A stretch of DNA of 20,000 nucleotides from the IMG/VR virus record IMGVR_UViG_3300007734_000752. The stretch is one strand, 5' to 3'. The notes under the pieces were generated by a model. The model did not search any database. It had not been told where the DNA came from and saw only the letters and a list, made by a program, of their open reading frames with translations. The position numbers and the translations under genes were made by a program. The DNA comes from an uncultured virus (IMG/VR IMGVR_UViG_3300007734_000752) (Duplodnaviria; Heunggongvirae; Uroviricota; Caudoviricetes). Each line of letters opens with the position of its first letter. The first letter of the stretch is position 1. Shown piece by piece: positions 16,762-20,000 of the stretch.

Positions 16762-19125
16762 ATGGCAACCATCGAAGAACTAAGCGCGGCGCTGGTTAAA
16801 GCGGATGCAGCGGGCAATGCTGTTGACGCCAAAGCCTTTGCGGATGAAATTCGGCGCGTAAAGCAAGCCCCCGAAAAAGAACGCAGTTTTACACGTAGGG
16901 CGTCCGATGTAATGGGTGACATTGGGTCGGGCGTGGTGAAAGGTGCAACGGATATTGGCGCCACGTTGATGGCACCCTTTGATTTTGCCGCTCGGTATCG
17001 CGGGTACGACATTCCATTTGTTCCTGGCCGTTTGGATGACCGACGGCAACAAATTACCAACTTCTTAACCGACCAGGGCGCGGATGTTAATTCGCTATCT
17101 TATGGCGGGGGTCGCCTTTTCAGTAACGTTGCTGGCACTGCGGGTTTGGGGCCGGTACTCGGCGCGGGGCTAAAAGCAGTTGCGCCATCAGCCGCGCCGT
17201 TAGCCGCGTCTATTAGCGCCGGCGGGTTTATACCCAAATCTTTAACCGCCACCGAACGTATAGCGGCAGGTTTGCCTGCGGCTACTATTCTTGAAAAGGC
17301 CACTAACGTAGGCATTCGCGCTGCGGGCGGTGCGGTAGCCGGTGGGGCGGGCGCATTTGCGATCAACCCGTCAGAAACTGGTACCGGCACCGTTGTAGGC
17401 GCGTTAGTGCCTACCGTGGGCGCGGCTCTTGTATCGCAATTGGCGAAGAAAACAGGTTTTCTTTGGGACGCTATAACGGGAAAATTAGGCGCGGTAAAAG
17501 CCGCCGAAATAGCTAGGCAAGTAGCGGCGGGGGACGCCGCCGCTATTCGCGCAGCTAACGCTGTTGCCGACCCAAGCCTTACCGCAGGGCAAGCAGCGGG
17601 GGGCGCGGGTAATACCGCGTGGGCTGCGTTGGACGCCTTGTCTCGTAAACAAAACACGGGCGGCGCGTTCACTAAAAAAATTGACGCTCAAACCGCTAAC
17701 ACTGAAGCAACGTTTGATAGGTTAGCTGGCGGCCCCACCGCGCTGGAATCCGATATAGCGCAAAAGCAGACTAAGGCCACGCTTAATACACTTACTACGC
17801 CTATGCGTGAGGCGGCGCTTGAACGCGCCGGTGTGGCGGGCGAAGCGGTGCCTTTCTTGCAACAAGTAGCTGCCAAAGGCGAAGCCGGGGCTACAAGCGC
17901 GGTTGCCGATGTGCGTCGGTTTACGGGTTTGATTGAACCCGCAGATAATTGGGCGCGTACTTGGGCGCCTAGCGCTATGGCAGATGTTGATGCAGCAGGA
18001 AAATTTATACGCGGTGGCGATGTGCGTTTGTTAGGCATACCAAGACAACCGCAAGCAGCTACATACCCCGGCCAATTAGCAGTGCGGGCTGAAGGCGCGG
18101 CTACCACGGCGGCTGAAGAGTCATTGAAACTGGGTGCTATTGCACGCAACGCCAAAACAGCAATAGCTGACTTGGAAGCACAAGGACTGAAACCGCTTAA
18201 ACCGGACAGCATTATAGCGTCTATAAAGTCTAAACTTACTGACCCAAGCATTGCGTTAAACGCCAATCTTGCACCCGCGTTAAAACGGGTTACAGACATG
18301 TTGGGCGACTGGACTAACAAGTTTGGGGTTATCACACCTGAAGCACTGTACGCCATACGCAAAAATGGTATTGCTGGCGTTATTCAAGATTTGCATCCTA
18401 CCGCCACGCCAGACCAACGCCGCGCTTTTGCTCAAGCGGTTATGACCGAAGTGCGCCCGCTAATTGATGACGCTATAGAAGCAGCGGGTGGTGCGGGCTG
18501 GAAAGCATACCTAAAAACTTTTGAGCAAGGTATGCACGTCGTTGAACAAAAACGAATGGCCGACGTAGCGCGACAGCTATACAAGTCCGGCGACAAGCAA
18601 GGGTTCATAGACTTGGTCAAAGGTAGCAACGACAAGGCGCTGGGTATAGTAGAAGATGTTTTTGGCCCCGGCAAAGTTAATTTTGTGCAGCTTATGGGCG
18701 GGCAACGGCCTAAAAGTCCCGCGTTGGAATATATGCGGATAGCCGAAGAAACCGCAAGAGACCTTGATTTGGCTAAACGCGCGGGCGAAGGCGGCGCGGA
18801 ATTAGCCAAAATTATAGACCGCAACGCGTTAAAATTTAATTTCCCGCCGTCACTTAGCACCAAAATTGCCGTCGCGCGGCAGGGCATGAAAGAATTTGAA
18901 GGCAAGATAAACCGCGCCGCTATGGACGCGTTGGAAAAAGGTATGCGTTCCGGCGCAAGTGCCAATGAAATGTTGGCTATGGTACCTGCCGCCGAACGGG
19001 GGAAAGTGCTTAAAATTATGACTGATAGCGCAACATGGAGTCCTCTGCTAACAACGGGCGTTAGGCAGGGCGCGGTTAACCGGCTAGCACCGCAAGAAAA
19101 CCAAAACAGACTAACGGCACCTTAA
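16762..19125 (+). CDS. Large DNA ejection protein (gp16-like position), cassette 2
   Basis: 787 aa; N-terminal LSAALVKADAAGNAVDAKAFADEI, Gly/Ala-rich hydrophobic region, helical C-terminus ending NRLAPQENQNRL. Confidence 0.65.
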   Translation: MATIEELSAALVKADAAGNAVDAKAFADEIRRVKQAPEKERSFTRRASDVMGDIGSGVVKGATDIGATLMAPFDFAARYRGYDIPFVPGRLDDRRQQITNFLTDQGADVNSLSYGGGRLFSNVAGTAGLGPVLGAGLKAVAPSAAPLAASISAGGFIPKSLTATERIAAGLPAATILEKATNVGIRAAGGAVAGGAGAFAINPSETGTGTVVGALVPTVGAALVSQLAKKTGFLWDAITGKLGAVKAAEIARQVAAGDAAAIRAANAVADPSLTAGQAAGGAGNTAWAALDALSRKQNTGGAFTKKIDAQTANTEATFDRLAGGPTALESDIAQKQTKATLNTLTTPMREAALERAGVAGEAVPFLQQVAAKGEAGATSAVADVRRFTGLIEPADNWARTWAPSAMADVDAAGKFIRGGDVRLLGIPRQPQAATYPGQLAVRAEGAATTAAEESLKLGAIARNAKTAIADLEAQGLKPLKPDSIIASIKSKLTDPSIALNANLAPALKRVTDMLGDWTNKFGVITPEALYAIRKNGIAGVIQDLHPTATPDQRRAFAQAVMTEVRPLIDDAIEAAGGAGWKAYLKTFEQGMHVVEQKRMADVARQLYKSGDKQGFIDLVKGSNDKALGIVEDVFGPGKVNFVQLMGGQRPKSPALEYMRIAEETARDLDLAKRAGEGGAELAKIIDRNALKFNFPPSLSTKIAVARQGMKEFEGKINRAAMDALEKGMRSGASANEMLAMVPAAERGKVLKIMTDSATWSPLLTTGVRQGAVNRLAPQENQNRLTAP

Positions 19126-19289
19126 TGGCAACCACCAACGAGTTAGACGTTCGCCTAACATCGCACGAAGCCGTGTGCGAGCTGCGCTACGACAGCATCA
19201 ACGCTAGGCTGAAGCGGATCGAGCATATCGGCATCACTATTGCAGGATTCATAATTGCCCTACTTCTTCACATTGTCCTAAAAGGCTAA
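19125..19289 (+). CDS. Small membrane protein (coiled coil plus C-terminal TM helix; XhlA/holin-like), not in the ORF track
   Basis: Manual translation: MATTNELDVRLTSHEAVCELRYDSINARLKRIEHIGITIAGFIIALLLHIVLKG* (54 aa). TAATG overlap with the upstream gene; ends 2 nt before the next ATG. Confidence 0.75.
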   Translation: MATTNELDVRLTSHEAVCELRYDSINARLKRIEHIGITIAGFIIALLLHIVLKG

Positions 19290-19291
19290 CC

Positions 19292-19813
19292 ATGAAAAGA
19301 CTTCTATTGCTCTTGCTGCTGCCGATTAGTGTATCTGCTGCTGACCTGATGATGTGCAACGGCGAATACGCGCTGTGTGCTGCGTCAGGCTCCACGCCTA
19401 CCGGCAAGTCAATAACGGTCAAAGGTAAAGTGTTTCAAGAGGGGATGGCAGTCTGTCCCGTCCTGACAGGCCGTAGCGTAGCCAACGGTGCGCTAATGAA
19501 TAACAGTTGCGATGCCCCTGCCGGTAAAGTGTGGAGCCTTTTTAGTACTGTTAGCGAAGCGCCACAAGCGCCTAGTTGGGCAGTTGCGCCGCTGGTAAAA
19601 CGATCTTTTATCCTCGGCAAAGATTCTGGCATGAGTAACCAGTGGTCGTTTTTGTGCGACAAGCAAGCGAAGAAAACCAACAATGTGCAGCTTGCATCCT
19701 GTTACGGCCCAATCAACGAGAGTCCGGCTACTAACGGGCATATCAAGCCGGGTGCGAAGATTGTTACTGACGCTCCAGTTGGAGTGTTAAATCCTGTAGG
19801 AGGGAATTTCTAA
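19292..19813 (+). CDS. Secreted/periplasmic six-cysteine protein of unknown function
   Basis: 173 aa; Sec-type signal peptide MKRLLLLLLLPISVSA; six Cys in the mature part. Confidence 0.7.
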   Translation: MKRLLLLLLLPISVSAADLMMCNGEYALCAASGSTPTGKSITVKGKVFQEGMAVCPVLTGRSVANGALMNNSCDAPAGKVWSLFSTVSEAPQAPSWAVAPLVKRSFILGKDSGMSNQWSFLCDKQAKKTNNVQLASCYGPINESPATNGHIKPGAKIVTDAPVGVLNPVGGNF

Positions 19814-19974
19814 TGGGCTGGTTAAAAGCAAGGTTTGGCGAGGCATCTACGCTTGCCGGGTTGGGGGTTGTAATGATGGTAGCGTCTGCAATTGCGCCGC
19901 CGCAGTATCAATTACTGATTCAAGGGCTGGCAGCGGCGCTGGGTATCGGCGGTGTGGTGCGTCCTGAAAAATAA
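19813..19974 (+). CDS. Putative small two-TM holin, not in the ORF track
   Basis: Manual translation: MGWLKARFGEASTLAGLGVVMMVASAIAPPQYQLLIQGLAAALGIGGVVRPEK* (53 aa). TAATG overlap; RxxExST.AGL motif, two hydrophobic segments and a charged tail. Confidence 0.65.
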   Translation: MGWLKARFGEASTLAGLGVVMMVASAIAPPQYQLLIQGLAAALGIGGVVRPEK

Positions 19975-20000
19975 CTTTGAGCGTTCGCTGGCGCTGGTGT

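Noticed and set aside
1250..19741. Minus-strand and nested alternative-frame ORFs in the track (e.g. 3053-3577, 17100-17672, 17688-18362, 18432-18965)
   Set aside because: They lie wholly or mostly within tightly coupled plus-strand genes, carry no recognisable motifs, and are typical antisense shadows of Ala/Gly-rich coding sequence.
1..20000. Alternative genetic code (stop-codon reassignment)
   Set aside because: Standard-code ORFs tile the window densely, and TAA, TGA and TAG all act as stops at coupled gene boundaries.

Overview
All-plus-strand late (virion) gene region of a tailed phage with podovirus, P22-like architecture; no host genes, RNA genes or CRISPR are visible. It holds TWO complete and very divergent injection cassettes, each ordered GNAT-like, gp7-like pilot, gp20-like, gp16-like: an AT-rich one at 803-8713 (after a gp10-like tail-hub gene) and a GC-rich one at 13844-19125. 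Between them lie a repeat-rich tail fibre, a beta-helix tailspike and small tail accessory genes, and the window ends in small membrane/lysis-type genes. Highlights: (1) an HNH homing endonuclease that has taken over the RBS and first 14 codons of a structural gene while a synonymously recoded copy of that 5' end sits downstream and restores the gene; (2) a 1703-aa ejection protein carrying an HExxH metallopeptidase and an ADP-ribosyltransferase-like domain; (3) the doubled cassette with a compositional switch inside the tail fibre (recombinant or assembly chimera); (4) a 70-nt intergenic element with two perfect hairpins that both display GGA in the loop. All family assignments come from motif recognition and synteny, not database searches.
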